A DNA stretch of 64,000 bases from Octopus vulgaris (lineage: Eukaryota), in the NCBI GenBank assembly GCA_951406725.2, contig OX597826.1:34906001-34970000 (forward strand), given 5' to 3'. Positions 1 to 13,899 of the stretch are shown piece after piece; the stretch's first letter is position 1; the number at the start of each line of letters is the position of its first letter. Made by a program: the position numbers and the translations under genes. Under the pieces are notes generated by a model. It worked only from the letters and a program-made list of their open reading frames with translations. It did no database searches and was not told the origin of the DNA.

Positions 1-39
1 TCTTAGGTGTTGGCTATATCTGATGATAACCATAACAGT

Positions 40-560
40 TTCATGGTCCTCGATTCGTCACAGACAATAAATTGTTCTATAGTGCTTTAAACTTCTCTAC
101 AAAGTATTGGGATGGTCGTAGAAATGGTAGAATATGATATCTTCAGTATACTAAACCTACTAAGGATTACCATTAAGTGCAGATAAAAGGAGATTAACTT
201 TTTACTGCATTTGAAGCATTTAGAATCACTAACGGTGCTGCTAACTTTCAATGAATACTTGACGACAATTGAAAAAGAACTGACGGTCATATTTGTATAT
301 ATCTACAATGTAACTGTTTGTGAACATCACCAGATTGCCCAACATGAGGTTCTTAAATGCAGTAAGCAAGTACAACTATTCATTAAGAAAAGAAAACTGT
401 ACAATGTCTTCTAAATGTATTGGGTTGCTTAGAGTAGATTCAGAACATGTGTGAGCACAACACGATGTTGCTCAACTGGATTACATGACTTTATTAAAGT
501 GTGCAATGGATATGTTCGCTTCCTACACATGTTCGACACCGACAATCTTTGAATTTACTA
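40..560 (+). mobile_element. Degenerate Ty3/Gypsy LTR-retrotransposon reverse transcriptase relic
   Basis: Frame-broken peptides resemble Gypsy RT motifs: DSSQTIN (cf. DYSQTIN), ITNGAANFQ (cf. FGVTNGVAAFQ), IFVYIYNVTVC (cf. FAYLDNVTVCG). Many stops and frameshifts. Confidence 0.6.
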
Positions 561-579
561 TTTCACCTTGGTGACGTCC

Positions 580-677
<98 letters not shown>

Positions 678-1237
678 ATATTATTTATTATTTAATCGAG
701 CGCGAGGCATCCATATATATATAAACACACACATACACATATAGAAATAGCGAGAAATAGTTAACACAGAGAAAGGACTCTTCATCAGATGTCTATCTAC
801 TCCTCATTTCGAACATTCAACGACAATATGAGTCTTCATAGTTGCTCCCATGAAATCTAAAACAAAATTTAGGATTTATGGAGGGTCAAAGTTGGGAACA
901 AAAGAAAATGACAGAGAAGACATACAAGTAAACCGAACGAAAACAAGCATGAAGAGTAAAATAGTGAACGCTGGGAGAAAGGGGGAACGAAGAGAGGAAT
1001 ATATAAAGCGAGACACTGAAGAAGGAAAGAAAATATGTACGAGTGAATAGTATTAAAAGAAAATGGAATGGTTTTGTCTACATAAAATATCTAAAGATAA
1101 CTGATGAACACTTCAATTCATCTTCTTTCTCTACCCTGCTGCATACATATCCATTGTCCTCACTTAGGAAAAGACTTACAGTTTTAACTACATATATTTC
1201 GAAATATTTCCATCAATGACGCCATAGTTTTGAAATG

Positions 1238-1313
1238 CGTTAACTGACGAGAGTTTACGTAATGCTTGCTTTTCCTATTACATATTACGCAAACCTGAAA
1301 CGAACGAATTAAA
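1238..1313 (+). ncRNA. Degenerate type I hammerhead ribozyme-like motif
   Basis: CTGACGA (1244-1250), long stem II (gtttacgtaat/attacgcaaac), GAAA (1297-1300), then C-GAAC-G. U16.1 appears mutated to A. Confidence 0.5.
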
Positions 1314-1356
1314 TGACTTCGAAATATTAGTATTATTTTACTTCAATAACATAATT

Positions 1357-1388
<32 letters not shown>

Positions 1389-1469
1389 ACACATACACAC
1401 ATACATACACACACATACACACATACACACACATACACACACACACACTGTATATATGCATGCAATGAA

Positions 1470-2138
1470 GGTGCGTAAGTGGCTAGAGAATTCAAGATTG
1501 TAAGGTCGTATTTCGATATCTGTTGGCGCGTTGTGTCCTTCGACAAGACATTTTATCTCACAATGCTCCAGTCCCTCCAGTTAGCAAAAATGAGTTATAC
1601 CTGTATTTAACAAGGTCAACGTTGTCACATTGTGTGACACGCTGAATATCCCTGATAACTACATTAAATGTGTCTGTGGAATTCTCACCCACTTGCAAGT
1701 TAATTCCATGAGAAGAGTTTTCCAGGAACAGAGTGTTCCGTGTGATAAGAAGATATCTTTCCAACCATATGGTTCCGTGTTCAGTCCCACAGCGTGGCAT
1801 TTTTGGTGTTCTATTAGAGATATGAACCAACTAAAGCTTTGTAAATGGATTTAGTAGACGGAAACTGAGAGAAACCTGTCCTCTGTGTGTGTGTATTTCT
1901 GTGTGTGTGTGTGTGTGTTTGTGCGTGCGTGCGTGCGTGCGTGTGTGTGTCTTTGTGTCTGTGTTTGTCAACCGGTGTTTGTGTCTTTACGTCCCCATAA
2001 TTTAACGGCAAAACAGTCCGCTAGAATAAGTACAAGGATTAAAAACAATAGCTGATGGGAGTCGACTGAGGAAACCTTTCAAGGCGGTGCTCCAGCATGA
2101 GCGCAGTCAATGGACTGAAACAAGTAAGCGATGAAAGA
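1470..2138 (+). mobile_element. tRNA-derived SINE (CORE-like family), degenerate
   Basis: tRNA-like head, CORE-like gttgtgtccttcgacaagacattttatctcac, internal (GT)n, and a tail aggcggtgctccagcatg...gactgaaacaagta shared with other copies in the window. Confidence 0.65.
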
Positions 2139-3109
2139 TATATTATATGTAATCACGTGTTGCAATATGTTCGTACGTATGTTCATACGTATGAGTGTAT
2201 GTGTGTCCGACTTGTGTGTATAATTTAGTTGGTATGGAAGATATATGTAATCTATGAACTGACAGTACGAACAAGAAATAAAATTGTCGTAGTGTTTGCA
2301 ATGCCTTCATCGTTTACTTATATGTCTTTGTCTTTTTGACAATGCATCTTTTTTCTGCTTTATATATATGTGTTGGGTAGACAGATTATGTCTGTAGATA
2401 ATGCATTTTAAATTGTATCTGTATCCGCCAATTACAAATATAGAATTATTTATGAGACATAGTTAGGTGAGTCAGTAGGATTCAAGATTAAATGTTGAGC
2501 TCCGACTGATTCTTATCATGCCGGCAGCTCTCTGAGTGATCCATCATCAGCCTACTTGAGCTTACTGTTACAGTCTGTCTAGCTTTTGAAACATCGCACT
2601 TGCGAGATTTACCACAACGTATCCATAGTCCAAGCACATAGCTGTTAAATGCTAACAAACTATCCCACAAGCATATATATGTTGTTCACTGTAAGCGGGC
2701 CATCATCGATGCAAATGAACGTCAAATGTTGATGACTTACTAGAACAGGTTACGGAGTTTAGTTGACCAACTGATGTTATTATTTAATGACTTGTAGATA
2801 CGTGGTATTTCGTTATGCAACAATAATATACCATAAAGTTTATTAAATGGTTTTATAAGCTAATATCACCTTCTACTGCGGTAGCAGTGCTCTTTACATT
2901 ATTGTTAAGGTTATTTCTACATATATTCTATATCAATTTTAGCCAGCACAGATTTTTGTTATAATCACATTTTTCATTTTCGATTTCATTTTTTATTTAC
3001 ATCTGACGTCTCGTATACGAAATGTAGTAGCAAAAATCAGCGCTGGCCATAATTTCTATGGAATATCTATATAGACAACCTTAACAATAAGTATTATTTA
3101 GTTTTCTAT

Positions 3110-3310
3110 TGGAATTGTTAGCCCGCCGCACAAGAATGCTTAGCGGCATTTCGTCCGTCTATTCGTTTTGAGCCCAAACTCCTCCAAAATCGACTTTTCC
3201 TTTCATCCTTACAGCCTTAATAAAATACGTATTAGTCGAATACTGAGTTCGATATATTCGACTTCCCCCTCCTCTCAAAACTCCTGGCTCTGTACTAACA
3301 ATGGAAGCCG
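3110..3310 (+). mobile_element. SINE (Meta-domain-like family), degenerate
   Basis: Matches the family body cgacttttcctttcatcctt... seen at 25400 and 61571. Confidence 0.55.
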
Positions 3311-3849
3311 TTATTTCGTATTCCAGTTCGAGCGTTGGTTATGTGTATCGTTAGAGCGTCGACAAAATGATTTGTGGCTTGTATTTGTTGCAGTGCTTTA
3401 TGCTATGCGCTCAAAATCGACAGATATCTATTTTGCCTTTCATTCCTCCGTTTTTGACAAAATAATGTCCTCTTCAATCACGAGGGTGGATGTAATCGAC
3501 TAATTGCTGGTCTTGTGTCGAAATCAGAAACCATTATTTTATAGTCCTGTTTCCAAGACAACTTGAAGATCTCGATAAGTGAAACGGATTTGTTCCACCA
3601 AGCAGACTTGGTCTATATTCATTGTTAAAACACTCAGTCTACGAGTTAGTGTTTTATAGTAATTGTAGAAATTTAGGTTTTCGATGTTGGCAGTACATTT
3701 ATTTTCACTACGCTTTTAAATTCATTATTTATTATATTACTAAGGATACTGTCTATAACCAATGTATCTTTCTCGGGATGTTGTGACTAATATAGATAAT
3801 GCTTAGTCTCACCACTTTGCAGTCAATGTCTGCAGTTAGATATTGTGAA

Positions 3850-4560
3850 GGGAGATAATTCTACAGTACTAAAATAGCAAAAGAAAAAACAGATATATTA
3901 TTTACACAGGAATCTGTAATGTGAGAAATAGTTGGTGACAAAAGTCGCCAAGCCAAGCGGACTTGGAGAGAAGTTATGTACAAATTATTCAAGGTAAACA
4001 GGTAACAAAAATGGTCGAGAGAAGAAAACGATTGTGTATCCTACAATTCTCTTTGACAATCAATAATATAGAACCATTTTTGTTTGAGGCAGTTGCTGTG
4101 TCTGGTATATATGGCATTTGATCTTTAAATTGGACTGAAATTACACAAGAATGAAATACTTTGCTTATGTCAAGAGAAATATTACTTCCGTCAAATTTCT
4201 CAACAGTAAATGGAGATAGGTCACTGGGTTGCAACTGATAAATATTTCCTACAGAATACTTAGTTTTAATATCCCTGAAAGTCTGGAATCGCTAACCATG
4301 GGTCACTATTTGTGAAATTAACTATGGTTATCATTCATGAAGGTCATACTGCTGGGTTTTTGATGTCTATAGCATGGCATTTCTCTAGATTCTTCTAGAG
4401 AAGTATTAATGTTTCGGTAGAATACAAAATTGTTTCGGGTGTTCAGTGCAAATAATGGCTACTGTGACCCTTGAAGAGTGTGAGCTATGCAACGGCTTGT
4501 GTTTCATTGCTACTTTATTTGTGGTTATGAATTAAGAATTGAGAAATGCTTGGATCAAAG
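3850..4560 (-). mobile_element. Old LINE RT relic
   Basis: Minus-strand peptide ISLDISKVFH resembles the RT motif ALDISKAFD. Heavily degenerate. Confidence 0.4.
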
Positions 4561-6694
4561 ATATTTTATGGTTTGTTGTATGTATTATATTTGTGAGTGT
4601 GCGTTCAGAATATGTGGACACATGTTTATCTGAATGAGCAAGTATGTTTTACCCTCAGAGATCCCGACTCCGTGAAATCAGGGACCCGTGTCTTTACCAT
4701 AGTTGTCGTTCCCATTTTTACAGTGACAAGGGATGGGACCTTTACATGACCCCAACAATTTAGCTTAGCATCGAGTAACCAGCAACTTGTATGCAGTCTA
4801 TTCGGATGAGCTGCATGTGTAATTGAAAAGGTAGTCTTTTCGTGCATTGTTTTATGCTAATTTCTACCTGGGAACTTGACAATTGCTTTTAAAAGAGAAA
4901 TGTCTAATATATGTGGAAGACTCAGGGATGAGCACACTTATCAATGAATATGATTATCTGAATACTCACCGCAGAAACCGACGGAGGATAAATGGTTTTA
5001 ACGTCCGTATATTGATATTCTGCCGGTTCATATCGGTAATATATCGATGCTGTATTAATGATGTGCATTAATATAGTAATGTCCATTTCTATGTTTGCAT
5101 ATCTGTTCAAAGGTGTGAAATTAATTATACAAAAAGCCTATCTCTACACCGAGCGTGTTTGTATGTGTGTATCAATATGCGACTTTGCTTTTACTTACTG
5201 CGAGTATATTGCATCTATGTGAAGTTTGGAACTGAAATATTAAAACTGAAATGTAATTAACGAACCTCTCATTAGTGATAATGGGTTTATAAGTAAAGAC
5301 CGACATAGAGAAGCCATAATTGAGTAGAACGCAACAGAAAATGACAATATGAAGAGCAGAAGCCACTTTCAAATAATGAATATTTATTTTAAAATAGCAT
5401 TAATAAGAACAACATCAATGACCATAAACTATCCCTTTATTTATCACAACGAATTTTACATAATTATTAATTTCACAAAGACTCGCGCACACAAACACAG
5501 AGCCGATGTCTGTAGGAGTGGCTAAGTGTTACTGGAATTCATTCCATTATGTTAATTACGTTAATTATATGAATTCATTGATTGAAGGATAAAGTTTAAC
5601 ATAACCTTGGTGGGATATAAATTTGCGCAAGCCAAATAAATTAAAAGGATTTCTTTAATTTCATATACTTATAACTTGCTCAGTAGAGATTGTCAAGATA
5701 CCTAATGAAATATTGGTGTAAATTAGAGTTAAACACGGGAATTCACGTACACAACGCATTTAAATGGTACGCCAATGAATGGAGGAATTTGGCAAATGTA
5801 CTAGTGCTGATTAAGCAAGCCAAATTAATAAGGTTCCAGGCTAGAAGAATATCATTTGTAGGTTTGACGCGTATTAAAAGTACAATTCAGTGTTTCAACG
5901 GTATTTCGCTTGCATTGAGTCTATTTAAATGAAATTAGTTATTTTCTGGTTGTTCCATTCACATCTACAATCATGAAGATTAATATTTAGTTTCCGATTT
6001 TAAAAAAGAGCTATTTGCCTTATAATACATATGTTGAGCTGGCGATCAGCCTTGTAGCTATTGTATTGACTACAAGACACAGGAAAAGTAAAAGTCGCCC
6101 TGCTGAGACTCGAACTCGGAATATGGATGGATAACAGTCTTCGTGGTAAAAATATTTACCACTTCTAGCAATTCACTGCCTCTCAAATTGTTCACTGATA
6201 TTATTCACTTACGTTTGTAATCGTCTGATTTTAGCGAGACAAATCTCCATCGAAAATGTTAAATGTCAGTTTCCCAGTATTTAAGAAATGAGTTTTCCTT
6301 ATTATAAGCTCTCTTTATAATTATTCAAGCTTGGGAATGAAGTCAAATTGCAGGAATCATAAGACTTTCAGTAGGTTAGAATCAGCAGTAACAATAGGGA
6401 AAGTTTAACAATCAGTTCTATAATTATATGACTGTAATGATCGGTTATCCACATAACGATCAGAGGTAGAATCATTCTATCTAAATATAATATAAGGTTT
6501 AAATCATTGCATTTCTTCTTTTCATTGTTTCTGATGTCAATATATTATATCCGGTGTTATTCTGTGCCATATCCACAGTTTGGCGCTGTAGCATGTATGG
6601 TACCCAAACTCACCGTGTTTCGCCGTATTTTTTATTACAATTTCGGTATTATATATTACATATTACTTAATAATTGATACAGCAGAATAGACTA

Positions 6695-7579
6695 TACAAG
6701 GTAGTATCGAGTCTTGGCCTAGTTCTGTAGCTGGCTAACAGATGGCAGCATACGGTGAGAACCAGCGGTCTTCTTCGCGAGGTAGTGTGCCGAGTGACAG
6801 CACTGTGTTCATTTCACAAGTTGTGATTTTTGTGTTTTTGTGATCACGTGTATACTGCAGTCATTTGATTTTTGTCATAGGCAGGAAGTTGGAACGAAGA
6901 TCCAGTGTGAAATTTTGCGTTAAACTTGGGAAGTCTGCTACAGAGTCATTGAACGTGCTTCGAAAGATTATGCTGACGAGGCAATGGGTCGTATGGAATG
7001 TTTTGAGGCAATGGGTCGTATGGAATGTTTTGAGTGGCAGGGCGCTTCAAAAGCGGAAGAAAGTCCCTAGAAGACGATGATCGATCTGGAAGACGTGCCA
7101 CGAGCATCACCCCCGGAAATGAGGTATTGCGCCTTAAGAATTCGTTCTCCAGAGTCAGACTGTCAATCTAAAGCTCTACTGCGACGTTTATAAGTGCCTG
7201 AAGGAGGACATTCTACAAAAGTGACAAGATCTGTGGAGCGCGAAGATTAAACTCTCCTCAGCCATGTTTCTCGCCAAAAACAACACAATATCGCTTCTGT
7301 ACCCGCCCTAATTACCAGATTTAGCACCTGCGGACTTCCGTCCTTTCCCAAATTGAAAATGCAGCTCAAAGGTCACTGTTATCGAGTTCCAGAGTGAATC
7401 GCAGAAGGACCTCGAATAACTTACAGAAAATGACTTTCCAGACTGGATTCTAAGAGTATGGCAAGAACGCTGGGGCCGGTGTACTGTTCTGCTATATGAC
7501 TATTTCAAAAGAGATGATGTTAAACTTTAGGGAAATATAGTATTTTTTTATCAAGAAATCCTTTTGATACCACCTGGTA
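6695..7579 (+). mobile_element. Internally deleted mariner-family DNA transposon
   Basis: TA-flanked imperfect TIRs (ta-caaggtagtatc / gataccacctgg-ta). Transposase N-terminus RSSVKFCVKLGKSATESLNVLR, a DDDRSGR-like linker and a PDLAPADF..FPKLKMQLKG motif near 7310-7375. 27-bp tandem duplication at ~6977-7033. Confidence 0.85.
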
Positions 7580-7747
7580 AGTAAGGAAACTATCAAACAG
7601 AAAATTTAAAACAGGAATCCGTTATAAGGAAAGATCGTTGACACGTTCACAACTATCATCGAAGCAAGCAATCAATTAACCAACATATTAATTAGTGGAC
7701 TATATCTTTGAATAATATCTTTTTCTAGTCATTTGGTCGAATAATAT

Positions 7748-7948
7748 TTTCTCCTCTAGGCACAAGGCCCGGAATTTTCGATGAGAGGCCAGTCGATTAG
7801 ATCGACCCTAGTATGCAACTGGTACTTAATTTATCGACCCCGAAATGACGAAAGGAAAAGTCGACCTCGGCAGAATTAGAACTCAGATCGTAAAGACAGA
7901 TGAAATACCGCTAAGCAATAAGCCCAGCGCGCCAACGTTTCTGCTAGC
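7748..7948 (-). mobile_element. SINE (Meta-domain-like family)
   Basis: Reverse complement of the family consensus (ctggtacttaatttatcgaccccgaa...gtcgacctcggc). Confidence 0.8.
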
Positions 7949-8729
7949 CATCTTCATTCGGCCAAATAATAAACACACACATCGTTATTTTTGACACGTT
8001 TCTGCTCTTTCCAGAGTTCATTTTTATATTGATATACTTGAAAGTTCTTGTGGAGTTTGTCTCACATCCAAATTGAAAGAGAGTAAATGTTATAGGACTG
8101 GATGAAGTTTCTTCCTCGCTTTCTCGAACCAAAAACCAAGTTTTAAAACGATTTTCGTAACTTACTCAAAATTCTAGAGCCGGGCTGTTCACTCGATATT
8201 TTAAAAAAGGCAACCAAATTTCATTTCAAACGTCGATTAGATTCTTTTGTTTCTAAGAACGGAATACTTTAAATAAGGTAATTCAAAACATGCAACATCA
8301 TGATCAAAAAAGAGATTATCACAGATGGAATGCCTTTGGTCATCGAAGTATTAATTAGGTCAGTACAGAGATAAACAAAGCAACATCTTGAAAATCATAT
8401 TATTAACCAAGTTAACATATTCAGACATTCCTTCTCATTTACAACTAAGCGACATATTCATTAATATATTTTTTAATGAATAAATCAGTTTTAAAAGGAA
8501 ACTCCATTAACATATCTGATGTAGAGCAGATTTTTTGACGAGTCAGAGAATTTAAGAGAAATTGCAACATGTAGCATATATTATTATTCTTTTCTTAATC
8601 TGAATTTTTGCTTTTTTAAACTTCCATATTGATAATTACAAAATCTGTCACAGTAACTTCTGAAAAATTATTCGTAAAATAACAGATATATATATATATA
8701 CTGAAACAAAATGCGATAATAACACCGAC

Positions 8730-8837
<108 letters not shown>

Positions 8838-9870
8838 ATGATGATGTTGATGATTATAGCTATTGGCTCTAAGATATTATTCTTTGGAATGCGCTTTAAT
8901 TAGATGTGACAGAAGGTGGTTGAAGTCAGACATCATATTGTCTTCGTTCTAACGGATGGATGAGGCTGGTATCGGGTCATATAACCAAAGTGGAAATCAA
9001 TGAAGGGGTTCTTTTTAAGATTTCATACATGCATACAAACATGAATACATATGTGTGTGTGTATGTATGTATATGTGTGTGTGTGTATCTGTGCGTGCAC
9101 ATAAATAAATTAGGGTATCGGAATACCATTTGCTAGAGATAGGAGTTAACACTCAAAAGCCACAGTGAACAAAATAAGCATTAGGTATTGAATTCCATGG
9201 ACTAGGTTTATACTATCACCAATATAAGACAACGTGGAGGTCTTCATGATGTCTGTTTTTAACTGATAGATATAACGATTAAACATCCTACCAGTCACTG
9301 TCTACTTTCTTAAGCTATGAAAAGATGCATTAAGTAATGTTAGCCTACATATCATTAAAAAGATGGGATCATCAGAGTAAAAATAATTATCAATATATGA
9401 CTAACTCAGTACGGTTGCTGTCGAGCTACACTGAGAACTGCAACATTACAGTGCAGTCTTCGTTAATTCCTCAAAAAAGAACAATTTTACTGGGTCGCAC
9501 GCCTCAGTTACCAGTTACTTCCAAGCGATAATACTTTTAGTTGTTTATTTCTTCACAAGCAGACATGTCTGTTGCTTTTGAGCCAATTAAACATAAGAGA
9601 TATAACGAGCTAGGTGGGAGACGGGCTGTACCTGTAATCAGGTAGTACACGTTTATTGCTGAGTGGCGTGGATCATCATCGAATGATGTCTTATTCTTGG
9701 ACAGGTGCCGGCATTGAAAACATGACCTTAAATTTATGAGCCAAACATTAGTTATGTTCTTTCATTTCTTGGGCGACTTCTCAATACAACAGAATTCTTT
9801 AATCTGTATATGGTGCCGATACGACTGAATTGTTTGATTGCTAGGAAAATAAACGGCAAGGCTAAACAAC

Positions 9871-10200
9871 TTATTACCTCTGCCTTAGCGAAAGCGAAGG
9901 TATTGTTTTCAGTCGTGTTTGTCTGTTTGTCTGTGGACAAAATATCTCAGAACTGCAGAATACATTCGGATAAAACTTTCAGAGATGTTTGGCCTCGTGA
10001 TTGGCTCGAACTGATTAGATTTTAGGGTCGATCCGAGAGCGGACGAGGATTCTGGATTATTTGTTATACTTACACTACTTTACATGATTGCGATCTTACG
10101 TTCACTTTCAAGTCTTTCTCCATTATCTACCTTTAGGCTCTTTCCAAACTTTTATTTTAGTTTCTCTATTATTAATTTTACTCGCGTCTCTATCTTAGTA
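9871..10200 (+). mobile_element. Helentron-associated non-autonomous element (HINE/DINE-1-like), 5' part
   Basis: Starts ttattacctctgcc followed by (GTCT/GTTT) repeats. Shares ggattctggattattt with a second piece at ~12590-12790, which ends ccttggtggaagtttgtgctttctgag. Confidence 0.5.
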
Positions 10201-10285
10201 GAAACTGGTTGAAATTAAACTACATAAACAAACGGCTGCAAAACCGTACAGAGGTTAAATGAAACTAACATACATTTATAATATA

Positions 10286-11132
10286 CTAGCAGAATTGCCC
10301 GGCGTTGCTCGGGGCTGAATTTCTTGAAAGTACTGTTAAGGATTGCACTGAATTATGATGATTATTCAGGCAAATATTGATATAAGTTTACGGTGGGAGA
10401 CAAGGACTTAACGATCAAACGTGTGCCATTGCATTGTTTTGGGGGAGCCAAATTTCTGATGAGCATTATAGGGGCACCAACTTTAAGTTTGAGAAAGTGT
10501 GGTGGCAGTCCGGGGTGCTCAAAGGAATTGAGTACCTCTATTGTATAGTTGATGACGTCCTCTGGGTCAGGAGTTGTATCGATAGACTGATATACATAGA
10601 CTTCCCCAGGAATGAGTTTTAGCATTTCATCATTAATATGGTGAACAGTTTTATTCCTCGGGGCCAGTATAGCCTTTTTTGACAATTCAATCCATATTCT
10701 GATAATTAGCTTGTAGATCTGGGAACACTGCATCTCTGAGATCAGAAGGCGTCTTAACAATGGTACAAATGGAATCGATGGCAATATTACCATTTTCATC
10801 CCCTGGTATTTTGCCTTCGCCAAGTGCAAGGAGGGTGTGAGGAAATGCTGCTGATGTGATATTACGTCGCATATGAGCACGCATATTGGTGTGAAGTTTG
10901 AGAGTTACTTCCCTTTATTAAAAAAATATGCATTAAAATGGAAAAAAAATGATGGTAAATTATTTGTAAAATCGTAGACTCATCGTAGACGCGCGCTAAT
11001 GCCCAGAAGGGCTCGATATGAATCACGACTATAAGATACCCGGTTTTGGTTAAAGTGCATGGACAAAATGTGGGAGTAGTTAGGAATCTAAATCGGAGTA
11101 GACAGACACACAACCTTTCTTTTATATATAAA
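10286..11132 (-). mobile_element. Deleted Helitron with PIF1-like helicase fragment
   Basis: Minus-strand 3' end: hairpin cccgagcaacgccggg then CTAG followed by T (10286-10289). The 5' end resembles TC-tatatata (here mutated to TT). Internal helicase motifs. Confidence 0.85.
10362..10884 (-). pseudogene. Helitron RepHel PIF1-type helicase fragment (frameshifted)
   Basis: AILAPRN..V..IN and PGLPPHFLKLKVGAPIMLIRNLAPPKQCNGTRLIVK. The overlapping frame has LLALGEGK...LRDAVFPDL. Confidence 0.9.
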
Positions 11133-11133
11133 T

Positions 11134-11485
11134 ATTTTCGTCCTAAAAAACTTTGTATGGATTGAATGGTTACCTCTATGGAAATATATACACGCACATT
11201 ATACATACATGTGTGTATAGATGAATATATAAATACATTTAAATATCTATATACACTTTTGGGCGAACTTTCTGTTTCTTAGAGATAACTTTAGATCTTA
11301 TTTTCGTCATAAAAAACTTTGTATGGAGTGAAAGGTTACCTCCATGGAAATATATACACACACATTATACATACATCTGTGTATAGATGAATATATAAAT
11401 ACATTTAAATATCTATATACACATTTGGGCGATATTTCTGCTACTTGGATATACGTTAGGTCTTATATTCGTCCTAAAAACTTTC
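11134..11485 (+). repeat. Tandem duplication, ~166-bp unit, ~2.1 copies
   Basis: attttcgtcctaaaaaactttgtatgg... recurs at ~11300 and partly at ~11467. Confidence 0.85.
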
Positions 11486-12027
11486 CTGTCACACACTCAC
11501 ACACACGCACACACACACACGCACCCTCACACACACACACACGCACACACACACTCACACACACGCACACACACACACACACACACGTTAGATTACAATT
11601 TTATTTATATATTTGCGTGTTTATGTGTGTAAAGAGGAAGTGGGAATGCAGAGTGAAAGAGTCACTCACTACAAAAAGTGAATTACTTTCACTTTAATCG
11701 TTGCACACTTGCAAAGAGAAAGGAGGAGAAATTAGGGCGATAGCGTCAGTGAAACAGTTCGCTCCGTTTTTGTGTGTGTGCGTGTGCGTGTGCTGTAGCC
11801 CACACTAAGAAAAGCACTTGACTTATACACCACAATGTTAGTTTTCTCTAAATTTTGCTTAATTGGGGTTGAAATTTTAAAAACTGGACCTGGCACGACC
11901 CGATTTATTCTACTCTTAAAAATGCTAGGTAAATTGTAATTGAAGAAATCCTATATTGTAGATTTCTATAAGAGACAAAGGGAGGCAGATAAAATCTGCC
12001 TTTTATAATAAGAGATATTATATATGT

Positions 12028-12304
12028 GGAGGCGCAATGGCCCAGAGGTTTCGATTCCCAGACCGGGCGTTGTGAGTGTTTATTGAGCGAAAACACCTAA
12101 AGCTCCACGAAGCTCTGGCAGGCGGTGGTAGCGATCCCTGCTGTACTCTTTCGCCACAACTTTCTCTCATTCTTTCTTCTGTTGGCCTGCTCGCTTAGCC
12201 AGCGGGGTGGTGTCATTTGAAGGCTAACACAATGCGAAGCGTATTGTGACCAGCGATGTGTAGCAACATCTGATAGCCTGGTCGGTCACGGTGATCACAG
12301 TGAT
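12028..12304 (+). mobile_element. tRNA-derived SINE (second family)
   Basis: ggaggcgcaatggcccag A-box-like head, ggtttcgattccc B-box-like, GC-rich body and (cacggtgat)-type tail. Confidence 0.7.
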
Positions 12305-13389
12305 ATTATATATTATACATACATATTAACACTTTACAGTATACTTACATATATACATACAGCTATCTAAAACAACAGGAATACTAAAGGAAGACCAGAA
12401 TTTAAGAGAAGAGAAAATCAAAAGGTCTCATGCTATTCATTAAAAAATTCCTGAGTGGAATTTATTAATTGCCACCGCCTTTGAAACTACTTTGAATAGT
12501 GAATTTATTAACTTTGGCTTGTGTTAGAAAAGGATAAACTATTTATTACTGTTGCTAAATTTTCTACAGCCAACTTCATATTCCACGATGACCATTGGGA
12601 TCGATCGGGTACCGGACAAGGATTCTGGATTATTTTCCATTTTTTTTATTTGTTGAGAGTGATCGGGTTCGTTTTCAATGTTCTCGAGTTTATTTCACTC
12701 ATTCTCATTTTAAAACTCATGTCTCACTAATCGTTGAGAGGACGTTGGTGTTGCCTTGGTGGAAGTTTGTGCTTTCTGAGTTCTCTTATTATATTTACTT
12801 TTAGTCATGAATATTCAGACAAAAAACTACTATCAGCTAAAAGTACATTACGAGGTATCGAATTGAAGTATTCCATCTACGGTTCAATTCTTTTGCAGAT
12901 ACATTTGCAATGTATTTGAGCAGAAATTTCTATCCCAGACAACTCATATAAAGTCTTCATTAAAAATAAGTTCCAGTTACTCGGGAAATATAACCAACAC
13001 TAGAGTGGCATTATTCTCAGAATTAGGTTAGATTCACATTTCTTTAATAGCATGCAGTTTCAGTTAACAGGAAACCTCAATAATTCCTTCGCCTAAGGAG
13101 GAATATTCATTCACGTTAACACTTATTAAAGGACGGAGTCTATTTAGAGACGGTTCTCATGTTCCATGTCACAATATGATATTAGCATCATTTTCCTTCC
13201 AGACGAACTGTGAATATAATATTTAATGAGGAAATACTACTCAAAGTTGTTATATTATGGATAACCTTTCCATACAGAAACTCAGAAATACGTTTTTCAT
13301 TCAATGACATGTTCTAACTTATAATTGGATATGTACTACAATATAATAACATTTTCTCTTTAACTATATAAAGGTGAATACACGTACCC

Positions 13390-13408
13390 GTATATATATG
13401 TGTATATG

Positions 13409-13493
<85 letters not shown>

Positions 13494-13494
13494 G

Positions 13495-13547
<53 letters not shown>

Positions 13548-13669
13548 TACATACGTACATGTACATATTCATGAATATGTAGCTTTTGGTTATTCAATTT
13601 CATGAAAATAGTTTTTAAGTGTGAGGTATGGTTTACCTTGTTAATTTATCGATGCAGGGGAAATACCGT

Positions 13670-13702
<33 letters not shown>

Positions 13703-13827
13703 TACATACATATATATATATATGTGTATGTATATATATATATATATATATATGCATATATATATAGATGCATGCATATATGTATGTGTGTATGTATATA
13801 TATATGCATATATATATACATATATAT

Positions 13828-13899
<72 letters not shown>

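Noticed and set aside
760-815. Minus-strand GAAA...CTGATGA as a type II hammerhead
   Set aside because: Stems I and III cannot be convincingly paired.
9572-9592. ttgcttttgagccaa identical to the LINE 3' UTR end (~54621-54635), suggesting a SINE-LINE shared tail
   Set aside because: Only ~15 bp, no (AACT)n tail, and a match of this length can arise by chance in AT-rich 64 kb.
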